Assembly (NCBI GenBank): GCA_034422315.1
Contig: DAOUJT010000039.1
Coordinates: 1,488-65,487, forward strand
Origin: Chloroflexota bacterium
GTDB taxonomy: Bacteria; Chloroflexota; UBA11872
DNA: 64,000 nt
Reading direction: 5' to 3'
Shown here: piece by piece, positions 47,846 to 57,697 of the stretch
How positions within the stretch are numbered: the stretch's first letter is position 1
How the letters are laid out: each line of letters opens with the position of its first letter
The notes under the pieces: model-generated
Database searches by the model: none
The model's input: only the letters and a program-made list of their open reading frames with translations
Told to the model about the DNA's origin: nothing
Position numbers and translations under genes: made by a program

Positions 47846-50682
47846 CCCTGTTCCTCGCCAAACTTCACGGCCTCGTTAATCCGAATCTTGGACAGCAACC
47901 AGGCGCTGACGGGGAACGCGACGGCCACCACGGCGCCGAACAGGATATAAATCTTCAGCACGTCGGCCCAAGCCGTGATGATTACGAATGGTGGCGTGTC
48001 GCCAAACTGGTCCACGCTTAGCTGCAGGAACGGGATGAACAGGTTGCCGGTAAGCACCCCCAGCGCCGTGCCCAGCACGACGCCCAGCAGGATCAGGAAC
48101 CCGTTCTCAAACGCGTAGATGCCCACGAGCTGCCGAACCGAAAGGCCCATGGCCCGCAGGATGCCCAACTGCTGCATGCGCCGCCTGAACGACATGTACG
48201 AGTACATCAGGAAGCCCATGATGGTAAGCACCGCGGCAATCAGGAAACCGATGGACAGGATCCCGAAGATGCCCACACGGGTTGCGTCATCGCGCGCGGC
48301 GGCGATCTCAGCGCGGGCATCCCGGGCGTCAAGCGGCTTGAAGCGCTTGAGCAGCAGCGTTTGGCGCAGTTCCAGGGCATGGACGTCCGGGTCCGTGTGT
48401 GCCAGCACCGTCCACGGTGTTTGCCCGAGGCTGCGCTCCACGTAGTCCAGGTTCACGATCACGAACGGCCCATCTTCCGGATAGTGGGTGGGAAACAAGT
48501 CGGTCCACCCCGCAATGAAGAACTCAAGCGTTTGGGGCGTACCAAAGTCAATGCGCAGCGGGTCGCCAAGACTCAGGTTCAACTCGCCTTGAAACTTCTC
48601 GCGCGAGGCAATCAGCGCCTGCTCGTCTAACGCCAACTGATTCATCAGACTGTTGAGCGGCCAGGGGCTGAAGTCGTCGCGCCACCAAACGGTCTCCGCA
48701 AAATCGATCGGATCAACGCCGTATGTCTTTACCCCCACTCGCAGTGCTTCGCCGGGGCGCCGGAAGCCCGTGTCCTCGTTTTCCCAGAGCCGCGCCACAC
48801 TCAGAATCTGGGGGACCTCCAGGTGTCGCTCCACCGGCAGGAACGACCATTCCTGCGTTTCCTCGTCGTAGTCGCCAATCTCCAGAAAGTCCGCCTGCGA
48901 CCCGACGGAGTAATAGACCCGGTCATCGAAGTTGCGGTCCATCGTGGCGGCCATCGAGGCACTGAACGACCCGATGGCCAGGGTGAGCACCAGCAGGAAT
49001 ATGAGGCGCGTGAATTGCCGAGGCTCACGGGCGATTTGGCGCAGGCCCAGGTGCATCGACACGCCAAGGAATCGGTTACCGAGCAGCGCCAGGCCGGCGA
49101 CCATCAATGGGAAAAAGCGCAGGAACAGCAAGGTGATGGCGAACATGAACATGATGGGAATAATCACCAGCAGCGGATCGGAGAACAGGTCGCCGCCCTC
49201 GCCAACCGTCACCAGTTGATCGCGCTGACGCAGGGTGAAATAGCCGTACGCCGCGCCTATGACCACGATAACGTCAACGAAGTAGCGCTGAAACCACGGC
49301 CGGTCAGTGCTTCGTGAGACTTCTTGCTTGTACGTGACAATGCTGTGGCGGGCGGCCCCGATGGCCGGCAACAAGGTAGCCACGATGGCCAGCGCGGCCG
49401 CGGCGCCGGACCAGACGAAGTGTTGGGTCGTGATATCGATAGGCAGCGGATCTCGGTTGGTGAACACCAGGAACGTGAACGTCTTGCCGATCACCTGGGC
49501 CAGGAGCGAGCCAAGGAACGGGCCGGCGGCCGTAGCAATCCCTCCAATCAGGAGGCCCTCGAGCACATAGATCCCTATGATCTGTAACGTGCCGATACCT
49601 CGACTTTTCAGAATCGCAATTTCATTGCGTTGCCGATCAACCACCATTCCCGCGGTAAGAATGATGTAGTAAAGCGTGAGGGCGACGATTGGGGCGCTGA
49701 GGATCAGCAGCAGCAGGGTCAGGAAAAAGAGCTTCTGCTCGAAGTCAAAGAAGATCGGCTCCGGCGAATTCTCCAGCCGCGTGCCCTCCCAGACGGCGTT
49801 TGCGTTGATCCGGATGACCACCAGGCCGCCGGTGATACGCCGGTAGTTGGTGGCCCGAATGGCGTCGATATCGAAGTCGGCGTACCACGTAGCTTCGCTG
49901 AAGGCCGCTGGTGAGTAGTCGAGCAGGTCGCCGAGGTACGCCCGGCGCTCGATGTAAATCCCGCCCTCGTCGTACGCCGCCCGGACCGGATAGGGCCAGT
50001 AGTTGCTTTCGGGATCCTTGGGCAGCACCCGTGCCACGATCTGAATGGCGACCGGAGCGGGATCGCCGGTGGCAGGATCTGGAAACTGCATACCGACCAC
50101 GTCGCCAACCAGCAACCCCAGCTTGTCCAGCGCATTGCTGGTCAGGGCGCCTTCAAACAGGGGCATCCTGGCGCCGGCCGGACCGATGAACATGCCGGTC
50201 TCGGCAGTCGGCCGGCGGCCTTCCGTGATGATGACGTTGTCGAATAGCTCGTTGATCGAATACAGAAACGCGAAGCCGAATCGTCGCGGCGGCGCCGAGA
50301 GATCGCCGTCCTCCGGAGGCGAAAGGTCAAGCATGGCCCGCCGTCCGGTCGATAGATAGCTGATCAGCTGCGTGGTTGGAAGCCCCACGGCTTCGGGGAT
50401 CAGCGAGCGAAAGAACTGGTCGTAGGCCAGGTAATCCCCGGCGCTGGTCGGGGCCGTGGCATCTGTTTCCTTGTGCCGGATAAAGATGCTGGATGACGGC
50501 TGAGCCTGGGGAATCGGCTTGCGCAGCTCACGCTGCAGCAGCAGACCGCTGATGCCCTCCGCGTAGAGAGGAACAGACGTAGCCAGCGTCACGGTCACGA
50601 GGAGCCCGATCGCCGTGGAACTTATGAGCGCCCGATTGCTGAACAGGCGCTTCGCCACGAAGCGAATGATGGCTAGCGGCAC
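47842..50682 (-). CDS. FtsX/MacB-like ABC permease, duplicated architecture
   Basis: Two FtsX modules (RQRNEIAILKSRG; RRMQQLGILRAMG), each preceded by a large extracytoplasmic domain. Confidence 0.92.
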   Translation of the reverse strand: MPLAIIRFVAKRLFSNRALISSTAIGLLVTVTLATSVPLYAEGISGLLLQRELRKPIPQAQPSSSIFIRHKETDATAPTSAGDYLAYDQFFRSLIPEAVGLPTTQLISYLSTGRRAMLDLSPPEDGDLSAPPRRFGFAFLYSINELFDNVIITEGRRPTAETGMFIGPAGARMPLFEGALTSNALDKLGLLVGDVVGMQFPDPATGDPAPVAIQIVARVLPKDPESNYWPYPVRAAYDEGGIYIERRAYLGDLLDYSPAAFSEATWYADFDIDAIRATNYRRITGGLVVIRINANAVWEGTRLENSPEPIFFDFEQKLFFLTLLLLILSAPIVALTLYYIILTAGMVVDRQRNEIAILKSRGIGTLQIIGIYVLEGLLIGGIATAAGPFLGSLLAQVIGKTFTFLVFTNRDPLPIDITTQHFVWSGAAAALAIVATLLPAIGAARHSIVTYKQEVSRSTDRPWFQRYFVDVIVVIGAAYGYFTLRQRDQLVTVGEGGDLFSDPLLVIIPIMFMFAITLLFLRFFPLMVAGLALLGNRFLGVSMHLGLRQIAREPRQFTRLIFLLVLTLAIGSFSASMAATMDRNFDDRVYYSVGSQADFLEIGDYDEETQEWSFLPVERHLEVPQILSVARLWENEDTGFRRPGEALRVGVKTYGVDPIDFAETVWWRDDFSPWPLNSLMNQLALDEQALIASREKFQGELNLSLGDPLRIDFGTPQTLEFFIAGWTDLFPTHYPEDGPFVIVNLDYVERSLGQTPWTVLAHTDPDVHALELRQTLLLKRFKPLDARDARAEIAAARDDATRVGIFGILSIGFLIAAVLTIMGFLMYSYMSFRRRMQQLGILRAMGLSVRQLVGIYAFENGFLILLGVVLGTALGVLTGNLFIPFLQLSVDQFGDTPPFVIITAWADVLKIYILFGAVVAVAFPVSAWLLSKIRINEAVKFGEEQG

Positions 50683-50724
50683 TGGACTCGCTCGGAAACG
50701 CTCGGCATGCCCCGCAGCGCTTGC

Positions 50725-53208
50725 CTAGGGCGCGGCGAAGATCATCTGGCCCTCTTCAAGCCCGGAGAGGACTTCGACCTCGCTGTCGCTCCGAATGCCG
50801 GTCACGACCGGCAGACTGCGCCGCTGCTCATTGACCACGGTTTCCACAAACGTGCGCTCATTCAGGTCGCGCAGGGAGGTGACGGGAACCTTCAGGACAT
50901 CATCCTTGACCTGCAAAGTGATGTTGACCCGAGCCAGCATGCCCATGCGCACCTCCTGACCTTCAAAGTCCACCTCAACCAGCGCATCGGGGATTCGCAC
51001 GGTCTGCCCCGTCTGGGTGACGATGGTGCGCGGAATGGCGCTGACATTGCCACCGAATTTCACGCCGGGAAACGCGTCCAACGCAACCTCGGCCGGCTGC
51101 CCAACCGACATCTTGGACTGGTCTTGTTCGGCAATCCTGACTTCAATGATCAGATCCGACGGATCAGCGATCCCGATCACCTCATTGAACGCCCTGGCCT
51201 GAGAACCCGCCCGTCCTCGCGTGAACGTAATCACTCCATCGAACGGCGCGCGGATCACGTTGTCCTCGGACTGTGTGAGCAGGGCTTCCAGAGCAATCCG
51301 GCTGCGCTCCACTTCGTTCTCCAGGATTTGGAGTTCAAAGTCGGTTGCCGACTCGCCCCGCTCGAACCGATCAAAGTTCTCAACCGTGGCATCAAATTCC
51401 AGCCGCGCGGCCTCTTCGTTGTTCAGCGCAACGCGCAACGTGGCCTGCGAGGGAGCACCCGTGACTTCCTGAAAGCGGGCCTCGGCCACTCGTAAATCCG
51501 CTAGGGCCGCTTCCAGCGCGGCCTCGGCGTCGGGCAGCGCCGTCAGACTGGTAGTCCGGACCTCGTCGGCGTGGCGCGCCAGGGCTTCGGCTTCCGTCTG
51601 GCCGCGCAAATACTGATCGATCGTGGCCGACGCCGCCTGCACGCGGGCTCGCGCAGCGGCCAGAGAGCTGTTCTGGTCAATCTGGATCGCGTTGGATATT
51701 CGAGCGATGGCTTGCTGGATGGTTCCGCTGCCGACGAGAGAGTCAAGGCTAATCTCCGCCTCCCGCAGCCTGTGGTTGGCCAGCTGGACATTGGCTGTTG
51801 CCGTCGCCACGTTGACTCGGTGTTCAGCTAGAGCCTTCTGCACCAGCTGCTCGGCCTCTTCCTCCTCGGTGCCGTCGTCCAGCAGCTCGGCGAGCTCGGT
51901 TTCAAGCAGGTCCAGCGCCGCCAGCGCGTTGTCGTAGCTTGCCTGGGCTGTTGCAATCTCCGCCGGCGTCGCCGGCATGATGGCCTCGTTGTACGCCCGC
52001 TGCGCGGCCCGAAAATCAAGCTCGGCGCGCTGCTTGGCCTGAGCGGACGCACGCGAACTCTGGTTCATGATCTCATCCCGCGTCAGCCTCGCCTTCTCCA
52101 AATCTTGCTCGGCAGCCTCCACGACGTGTGGAAACGGCTGAAACGTCACTTCGTGTAGCGTCTCGGCGAGTCTCGACACTTCGGCGCGTTTGGCAACGAT
52201 GGCGGCCCGCTTGGCAACGATGGCGGCCCGCTCCCGGCTACTGTCATCGCGTGTCTGGGCGCGCATGGTCGCGGCAACGGTTTCCAGTGCATTCTGCGCA
52301 TTCACCAGATCCTGATCAGCGCGCACGACCGCGGACCGGGCCCCGGTAACGGCGGCAATGGCTGCGTCCACCTGGGCGCGGGCCGTGTCTTCCGGAGAGG
52401 CTCCGGTGGATACTGTCCCGGCCTCGAGAGCCCGCAGGTTTTCGGTCGCCACGGTCAGATCGGCCTGGAGCCCGTCCAGTGTGGCTTGTGCCTGCGCCTG
52501 CGCCTGCGCCTCCGAAACAACTCTGGCCGCCTCGGCCTTCACTTCGGCCAGTCGGCCTTCGGCATTCGTCACGGCCCGCTGCGCACGGACCACCGCGGCC
52601 TCGGCCTCGGTAAGGCTCAGGTCCACCTCGCCCCGATCTTCTCGGGCTGCTAAGTCTATGTTCAGCGCCTCCACCTGCTCGGCCGTGGCGCGCCGCAGCA
52701 GCTGGTCGAACGCTTTCCGTTGGTTCTCCAGCGCCAGCTCCGCGTTGGCGACCGCACGCTGAGCCGCCGCCCGTTCATCCCGTGCGCGAGTCCGCGCGGC
52801 ATCCAGTCGCAACTCCGCGTTCTGCAGCGCCTCCTGCGAGCTTTCGATGTCCGATTCAAGGCGACCAGTCTCCAATTCGGCCAGGATGTCGTTCTGCTTC
52901 ACCACGTCACCCTGGGCCACGTACATGGTCTTGACTCGACCGTCAGCCTTGAACGCCAGCTCGGTGCGGTCGAGCGCCTCAACGCGGGCCGTCGTTCGAA
53001 TGGCCTCGATGAGTTGGCCCCGTGTCACCGGCACCATGGGCCGCTGTCGCACCGACTCCGTCCGCGTGATTAGCGTCGGCGTCGGTTCCACGGTCTGAAT
53101 AAACGCCTCGCAAGCAGCCAGCACGGTTCCGGCCAGAGCCAGGGCCATCAGGCCCGCAAACCGCAAGCCGATCCGTCGAAGCGTGAGAGTGCGTCGCAAC
53201 AAGGCCAT
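50725..53208 (-). CDS. Efflux periplasmic adaptor (MFP) lipoprotein with a very long coiled coil
   Basis: Lipobox LAAC; LAFKADGRV/VAQGDVVKQNDILAEL and IRAPFDGVI lipoyl halves separated by roughly 570 aa of Ala/Glu/Gln/Arg heptads; VVTGIRSDSEVEVLSGLEEG end. Confidence 0.9.
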   Translation of the reverse strand: MALLRRTLTLRRIGLRFAGLMALALAGTVLAACEAFIQTVEPTPTLITRTESVRQRPMVPVTRGQLIEAIRTTARVEALDRTELAFKADGRVKTMYVAQGDVVKQNDILAELETGRLESDIESSQEALQNAELRLDAARTRARDERAAAQRAVANAELALENQRKAFDQLLRRATAEQVEALNIDLAAREDRGEVDLSLTEAEAAVVRAQRAVTNAEGRLAEVKAEAARVVSEAQAQAQAQATLDGLQADLTVATENLRALEAGTVSTGASPEDTARAQVDAAIAAVTGARSAVVRADQDLVNAQNALETVAATMRAQTRDDSSRERAAIVAKRAAIVAKRAEVSRLAETLHEVTFQPFPHVVEAAEQDLEKARLTRDEIMNQSSRASAQAKQRAELDFRAAQRAYNEAIMPATPAEIATAQASYDNALAALDLLETELAELLDDGTEEEEAEQLVQKALAEHRVNVATATANVQLANHRLREAEISLDSLVGSGTIQQAIARISNAIQIDQNSSLAAARARVQAASATIDQYLRGQTEAEALARHADEVRTTSLTALPDAEAALEAALADLRVAEARFQEVTGAPSQATLRVALNNEEAARLEFDATVENFDRFERGESATDFELQILENEVERSRIALEALLTQSEDNVIRAPFDGVITFTRGRAGSQARAFNEVIGIADPSDLIIEVRIAEQDQSKMSVGQPAEVALDAFPGVKFGGNVSAIPRTIVTQTGQTVRIPDALVEVDFEGQEVRMGMLARVNITLQVKDDVLKVPVTSLRDLNERTFVETVVNEQRRSLPVVTGIRSDSEVEVLSGLEEGQMIFAAP
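52190..52231. repeat. Exact 21-bp tandem duplication (one heptad, AAIVAKR x2) inside the adaptor
   Basis: TTGGCAACGATGGCGGCCCGC at 52190 and 52211. Confidence 0.95.
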
Positions 53209-53426
53209 GGGCTTTCAGGTTGTGGTGGCGGGATGAGTTCCCGCGCGCGGTTCAATTGGCGCGAGTTGAAACCATTGTTTCACATGCGCTGCCGCCAGTC
53301 CGGTGAGAATCTTGACAGAAGCCAGAAACTGAAGGGTGCCGCGAGCCTCGGATTGAGGCTGATCCAGCCTGCGCCTTCGCACTGGTAAACTCTCCCAGTT
53401 CCGGGCCCCAAGAACAATCGGACCGT

Positions 53427-54869
53427 TTGACGCCCCTGAGCACAACGGCAGATCCGACGGCAAAGGACGAGCGAGCGGCCGCCCGGCTCATTGGCAGGGC
53501 CACGCCGCTTGGTAGGACTGAGCCGGCGGATGCCGCCAGCACGCCGTGGCGGATTGCCCCCAGCCCCTTCCGGCTTTCTCCGTCCGCCGTGGATCAACTG
53601 GAGCAGTTGGGCAACGATCTGCTCGCCTTCTATGTGGCGGCCAACCGGCTCTATACCAGCGCCGTGCGCGGCCGCGCGCCCGCCTGGGTGCTGACATGCC
53701 TCGAACAAGGCAAACCCGAACGCGTGCGCGAACTGGGACGGTTGCGCCGCTACCGTTCCGCGCTCCCCATCATGATCCGGCCGGACCTCATGGCGCTGGA
53801 CGGCGGGGGATTCATGGCCACCGAACTGGATGCTGTCCCCGGGGGCTTCGGCGTCCTCGGCGCCATCAGCCGCGCCTACCAGGATCTGGGATTCACGCTG
53901 GTCGGCGGGAACGATGGCATGGTGCAGGGCTTGGCGGCGGCCCTTCGCGGCGCGGCCAGCGTTGACGACCCGTCGGTCGCCCTGGTGGTCGCCGACGAGT
54001 CCGAGGACTACCGGCCCGAGATGGACTGGGCCGCCACGGCCCTTCGAGAAGCCGGCGTGCCGACGCGGCAAATCCATCCGCGCGACTTGCGGCTCCAGGA
54101 CGAAGCGCTTGAGATGCGCAACTGCGAGGGTTGGGAGCCCATCAACCTCGTCTACCGGTTCCTTGAACTTCACGACTTGCCCAACATTCCCAAGATCGAT
54201 CTGGTCATATACGCCATGAAGCACCGGCTGGCAACGGTAACGGCCCCGTTCAAGAGCTACCTGGAAGAAAAGCTGCTCTTTTACCTCTTCCATCACCCCG
54301 AGTTGGACGAGTTCTGGCGTGGCGCGTTGGGCAAAGACACGCAGGCGCGACTACAGCGCATGCTGCCGCCGACCTGGTTGCTCGATCCCCAACCCATCCC
54401 GCCCACCGCGGCCGTGGACCCACCGCTGATGGCCGGCAAGCGCCGGATTCGGCACTGGGACGACCTGCGCGGGCTATCGCAGCGCGAGCGGCGGCTGGTG
54501 CTTAAGCCCTCTGGCTTTTCGGAACTGGCCTGGGGCAGCCGCGGCGTAACGATCGGGCATGACGTGAACCAGGATGTTTGGAACCAGGCCGTGGACAACG
54601 CCCTGGCGAGCTTCGAGACGACGCCCTACATCCTCCAGCAGTTTCACCAGAGTCGCCGGGTTCGAGTGAGCTACTACGACGTCGAGTTCGACGCGGTCCG
54701 TCCGATGACCGGGCGTGCACGCCTGTCGCCGTATTACATGGTCGTGGATGGCAAGACTCGGCTCTGTGGGGTGTTGGTAACGGTCGTGCCGGCCGCCAAC
54801 AAGGTGATCCACGGCACCTCGGAGTCCGTGATGATGCCGGCCATGGTCAGCGACGACGCCGAGATCTAG
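53427..54869 (+). CDS. Glutathionylspermidine-synthase-like / circularly permuted ATP-grasp ligase
   Basis: IMIRPDL, ATELDAVPGG, VYRFLEL, YLEEK, VLKPSG, GSRGV, YILQQF, ARLSPYY. Confidence 0.7.
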   Translation: MTPLSTTADPTAKDERAAARLIGRATPLGRTEPADAASTPWRIAPSPFRLSPSAVDQLEQLGNDLLAFYVAANRLYTSAVRGRAPAWVLTCLEQGKPERVRELGRLRRYRSALPIMIRPDLMALDGGGFMATELDAVPGGFGVLGAISRAYQDLGFTLVGGNDGMVQGLAAALRGAASVDDPSVALVVADESEDYRPEMDWAATALREAGVPTRQIHPRDLRLQDEALEMRNCEGWEPINLVYRFLELHDLPNIPKIDLVIYAMKHRLATVTAPFKSYLEEKLLFYLFHHPELDEFWRGALGKDTQARLQRMLPPTWLLDPQPIPPTAAVDPPLMAGKRRIRHWDDLRGLSQRERRLVLKPSGFSELAWGSRGVTIGHDVNQDVWNQAVDNALASFETTPYILQQFHQSRRVRVSYYDVEFDAVRPMTGRARLSPYYMVVDGKTRLCGVLVTVVPAANKVIHGTSESVMMPAMVSDDAEI

Positions 54870-55555
54870 TTCTCCGCGTCGAAATCCTTCTGCAAGGCGA
54901 CCCAGGACTCGATTCGAGTTTCGACAAGCGCCTGTGCGGCCTCGGGGCCTTGGGTGCACAGCAGGTCATACAAACCTTCGGCACGCAGGCCCCGCCACAA
55001 GCGCTCGCGTTCGACGAACGTATCCACTCGCTCGCGAACCATCCGCCGCCAGACAAGATAGTGCGCCAGGTGGTCCTCGATCTCCGGTCCGTAGCGCCGC
55101 GCCAGGTCGTCCTTGAGCGCGCCCGTGAAGCCGGGACTGGCGCCGCCGCTGTTGACGGCGATGGAGATCGATCCGTGTTTCACGTAGGCCGACGCGAAGA
55201 AGTCGCAGTGCGCCGGGTCGTCCACCACGTTCACCAGCAGCCCACGATCGCGGGCGTCGGACTCGATGGCGTAGTCCACCGACCGGTCGCCAGTCGCGAT
55301 AATTGCGACCCGATGCCCGTCGAGATCCGAGGGTGCGTACGGGCGGCGTCGGAGCCGAATCTCGCCCGCGTCGCGCATGTCCTGCAGCCGACTGTCGAAC
55401 GGGTCGACAAAGTCCGGCGGGGCGATGACCGTGGTCGGCACGCCGAAGTCCAGCAGCAGGCAGGATTTGAAGTAGGCAGGCTCGCCCGCGCCTACCACCA
55501 CTGCGGACTGGCCCTGAAGATTCAAGGCGACCGGCAGGTAGGTGCGGCCGCTCAT
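54866..55555 (-). CDS. Precorrin-2 dehydrogenase/sirohydrochlorin ferrochelatase (CysG N-terminal/SirC-like)
   Basis: LPVALNL, VVVGAG, AIIAT, VNVVDDPAHCDF, SIAVNSGGASP. Confidence 0.92.
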   Translation of the reverse strand: MSGRTYLPVALNLQGQSAVVVGAGEPAYFKSCLLLDFGVPTTVIAPPDFVDPFDSRLQDMRDAGEIRLRRRPYAPSDLDGHRVAIIATGDRSVDYAIESDARDRGLLVNVVDDPAHCDFFASAYVKHGSISIAVNSGGASPGFTGALKDDLARRYGPEIEDHLAHYLVWRRMVRERVDTFVERERLWRGLRAEGLYDLLCTQGPEAAQALVETRIESWVALQKDFDAEN

Positions 55556-55658
55556 GTTCGTGGCAGAGGTCGACTCGGAGGACACAGCGGTCCCAGTTTG
55601 GTGCACCTGGCTCTGAGGCGCATGATAGGCGGGACGGTTGCAGGTCGGAGGCATTGCC

Positions 55659-56705
55659 ATGGCCGCTGTTTCTCAGATGACTTGCGTGCGGTGCCTGGGC
55701 GACTTGCGGGTAGAGGTAGGCAGCGCCGAAGTTGTCGAGCCGGGACCGGGCGAGATGCGCGTTCGGACCATGATGTCAGCCATTTGCGGCAGCGACCTGC
55801 ACCACTACCGCACACCCGCGGCCGTGCGCGACGCGAACGGCTTTAGTCGATGGGCGCTGGGTCACGAAAACACGGGGATCGTGGACGCGGTGGGTCCAGG
55901 CGTCGGCTACCCCGCCGTCGGTGATCGGGTGGTGGTGTACGGCATCGTGGGCTGCGGCCACTGCGTGCATTGCCGCAGGGGTGAGGACGTGTTCTGCAGC
56001 AAGGCCGAGCACTTCAGCCGCCACCGCCACGGCACCAACGCCGCGTACCTGCTGGCGCCGGTGCGAAACGCCCTGCCCCTGCCTGACGACTTCGACTGGG
56101 AAATGGGCGCCCTGCTCTCGTGCAATGTGGGCACAGCCTACGGGGCACTGCGCAAGACCGACGCTTCCGGCGACCGGCCGCTGGCCGTGTTCGGGCTGGG
56201 CCCTGTAGGGCTGGCTTGCGTGATGCTGGGCCGGGCACTCGGGGCCATGGTCATCGGGGTCGATCCCGTTGCCGAACGCCGGGCGATGGCGCTGGAGTGC
56301 GGAGCGGAAGTCGCGCTGGACAGTTCCGATGACAATCTCATCGGGCGCATAGTCGAGGCTGCCGGTGGCGAAGGGGTGGCCGCATCGATCGACACCAGCG
56401 GTCACCCAGCCGCGCGCGCCGCGGCCGTGGACGCGCTGAGGATCCAGGGAACGTACGTGGAAGTGGGCGTTGGGCACGACCCGACGATCAAGCCCAGCCA
56501 GCAGATCATCTTCGGGGAGGTGACTCTGCGCGGGTCCTGGCTCTACAAGCAGCACGAATGGGAAGGGCTGTTGGACTTCGTGCGCCGTCGGCAGATCCCG
56601 ATCAAGTCGTTGATCACGCACCGGTTCCGGCCTGAAGACGCGGTGGAGGCCTTTGAACTGGCCGATGGGGCCACCGCGGGAAAGATCCTGTTCGACTGGA
56701 GCTAA
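55659..56705 (+). CDS. Zinc-binding (MDR) dehydrogenase
   Basis: ICGSDLH, LGHE, CGHCVHCRRGEDVFC, FGLGPVG. Confidence 0.94.
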   Translation: MAAVSQMTCVRCLGDLRVEVGSAEVVEPGPGEMRVRTMMSAICGSDLHHYRTPAAVRDANGFSRWALGHENTGIVDAVGPGVGYPAVGDRVVVYGIVGCGHCVHCRRGEDVFCSKAEHFSRHRHGTNAAYLLAPVRNALPLPDDFDWEMGALLSCNVGTAYGALRKTDASGDRPLAVFGLGPVGLACVMLGRALGAMVIGVDPVAERRAMALECGAEVALDSSDDNLIGRIVEAAGGEGVAASIDTSGHPAARAAAVDALRIQGTYVEVGVGHDPTIKPSQQIIFGEVTLRGSWLYKQHEWEGLLDFVRRRQIPIKSLITHRFRPEDAVEAFELADGATAGKILFDWS

Positions 56706-56732
56706 TGAAGAGCCGTTGCGATTGGCGGTGAC

Positions 56733-57380
56733 GTGACGGACGACGGCAAGACGAGGCTGGGGGAGCGGTTTCTCAGCCGGCGGGGCGAAGTGCTGGGCGA
56801 CCTGGGGTTTGAGGACGACCCAGGGCGGCCGGAGTGGCGGGCGGACGGTGGACTGACGTTCTGGCATTACGCGCGGCGGAATCGGCTGGGGTTGATCCTG
56901 GGGACGGCGGGCGGGTTGTGGGCGAGGAAGCGGGCGTTTTTCAGCACGGAGCTGACGCCGGAGTTCGAGGGGCTGTACACGGTTGAGGGGTTCCTGGATC
57001 CGAAGCCGCACTGGCTGGACGACTCGCCGTACTTCGGCGGGGAAGGCGGGCGTCGGTGGCGGGGATGGATTGGCGCGGTGTTGCTGCGGGTGGACCTGCC
57101 AGCGGGGTTCCGGGGCGTTTGGGTGGCGGACTGGGGGCACCCGCTGGACGTGATGGCTGTGCAACGCGGGGAGCCGGCGCCGCTGGGGCTGGGGTACGAC
57201 TGCCGGACGGGGCATGAGGCGAACCGGGGGTATGCACACAGCCTGGTGCCGATCGAGGGTTACCGGGGCGGGCACCTGGCGCCGGTGGTGACGGTGATGC
57301 GGCCGGGGCCGGGGATTGCGATTCCGCGGGCCTGCGTGTCGGTGGCGGAGGTGCAGCCGCGGATGCGGCGGACGGGCTGA
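56733..57380 (+). CDS. Hypothetical protein
   Basis: 215-aa ORF with regular GC3 bias following the dehydrogenase; no family recognised. Confidence 0.65.
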   Translation: MTDDGKTRLGERFLSRRGEVLGDLGFEDDPGRPEWRADGGLTFWHYARRNRLGLILGTAGGLWARKRAFFSTELTPEFEGLYTVEGFLDPKPHWLDDSPYFGGEGGRRWRGWIGAVLLRVDLPAGFRGVWVADWGHPLDVMAVQRGEPAPLGLGYDCRTGHEANRGYAHSLVPIEGYRGGHLAPVVTVMRPGPGIAIPRACVSVAEVQPRMRRTG

Positions 57381-57401
57381 ACCGGGGGTCTCGCGCGCAA
57401 T

Positions 57402-57425
57402 AAGAGTTTTTTCCAAAAAACTCTT
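57402..57425. other. AT-rich perfect 11-bp inverted repeat (terminator- or operator-like)
   Basis: AAGAGTTTTTT-CC-AAAAAACTCTT, 21 bp after the stop at 57380. Confidence 0.6.
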
Positions 57426-57644
57426 GAGGCAAATCGGGGGGCATTTTGGCGGGGTGGGGGAGGAAGGGTGGAGGGGAGAGGGAAGAGAAGTGAGAGCGGA
57501 TAGGCACGGGGCTGGGGACGGGGTGCGGATCGGGTGGGTGAGGTCTTGGTGGGACGCTGGACGGCGCGGTGAGCCGAGGTCGGAGTTTGGACGGGGTTGA
57601 GGGCGGGCGCCTGGCGGCGGAATTTGGGTGGGGGTGAAGGGGGG

Positions 57645-57697
57645 AACTGTCGCTGGCCAGCCGGCCCCCAGAGGGGGCCGGCTGGCCAGCGACAGTT
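57645..57697. repeat. Perfect 25-bp inverted repeat (hairpin family copy C)
   Basis: AACTGTCGCTGGCCAGCCGGCCCCC-AGA-GGGGGCCGGCTGGCCAGCGACAGTT; flanks GGGTGAAGGGGGG and GGCGGATTTTT. Confidence 0.95.
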
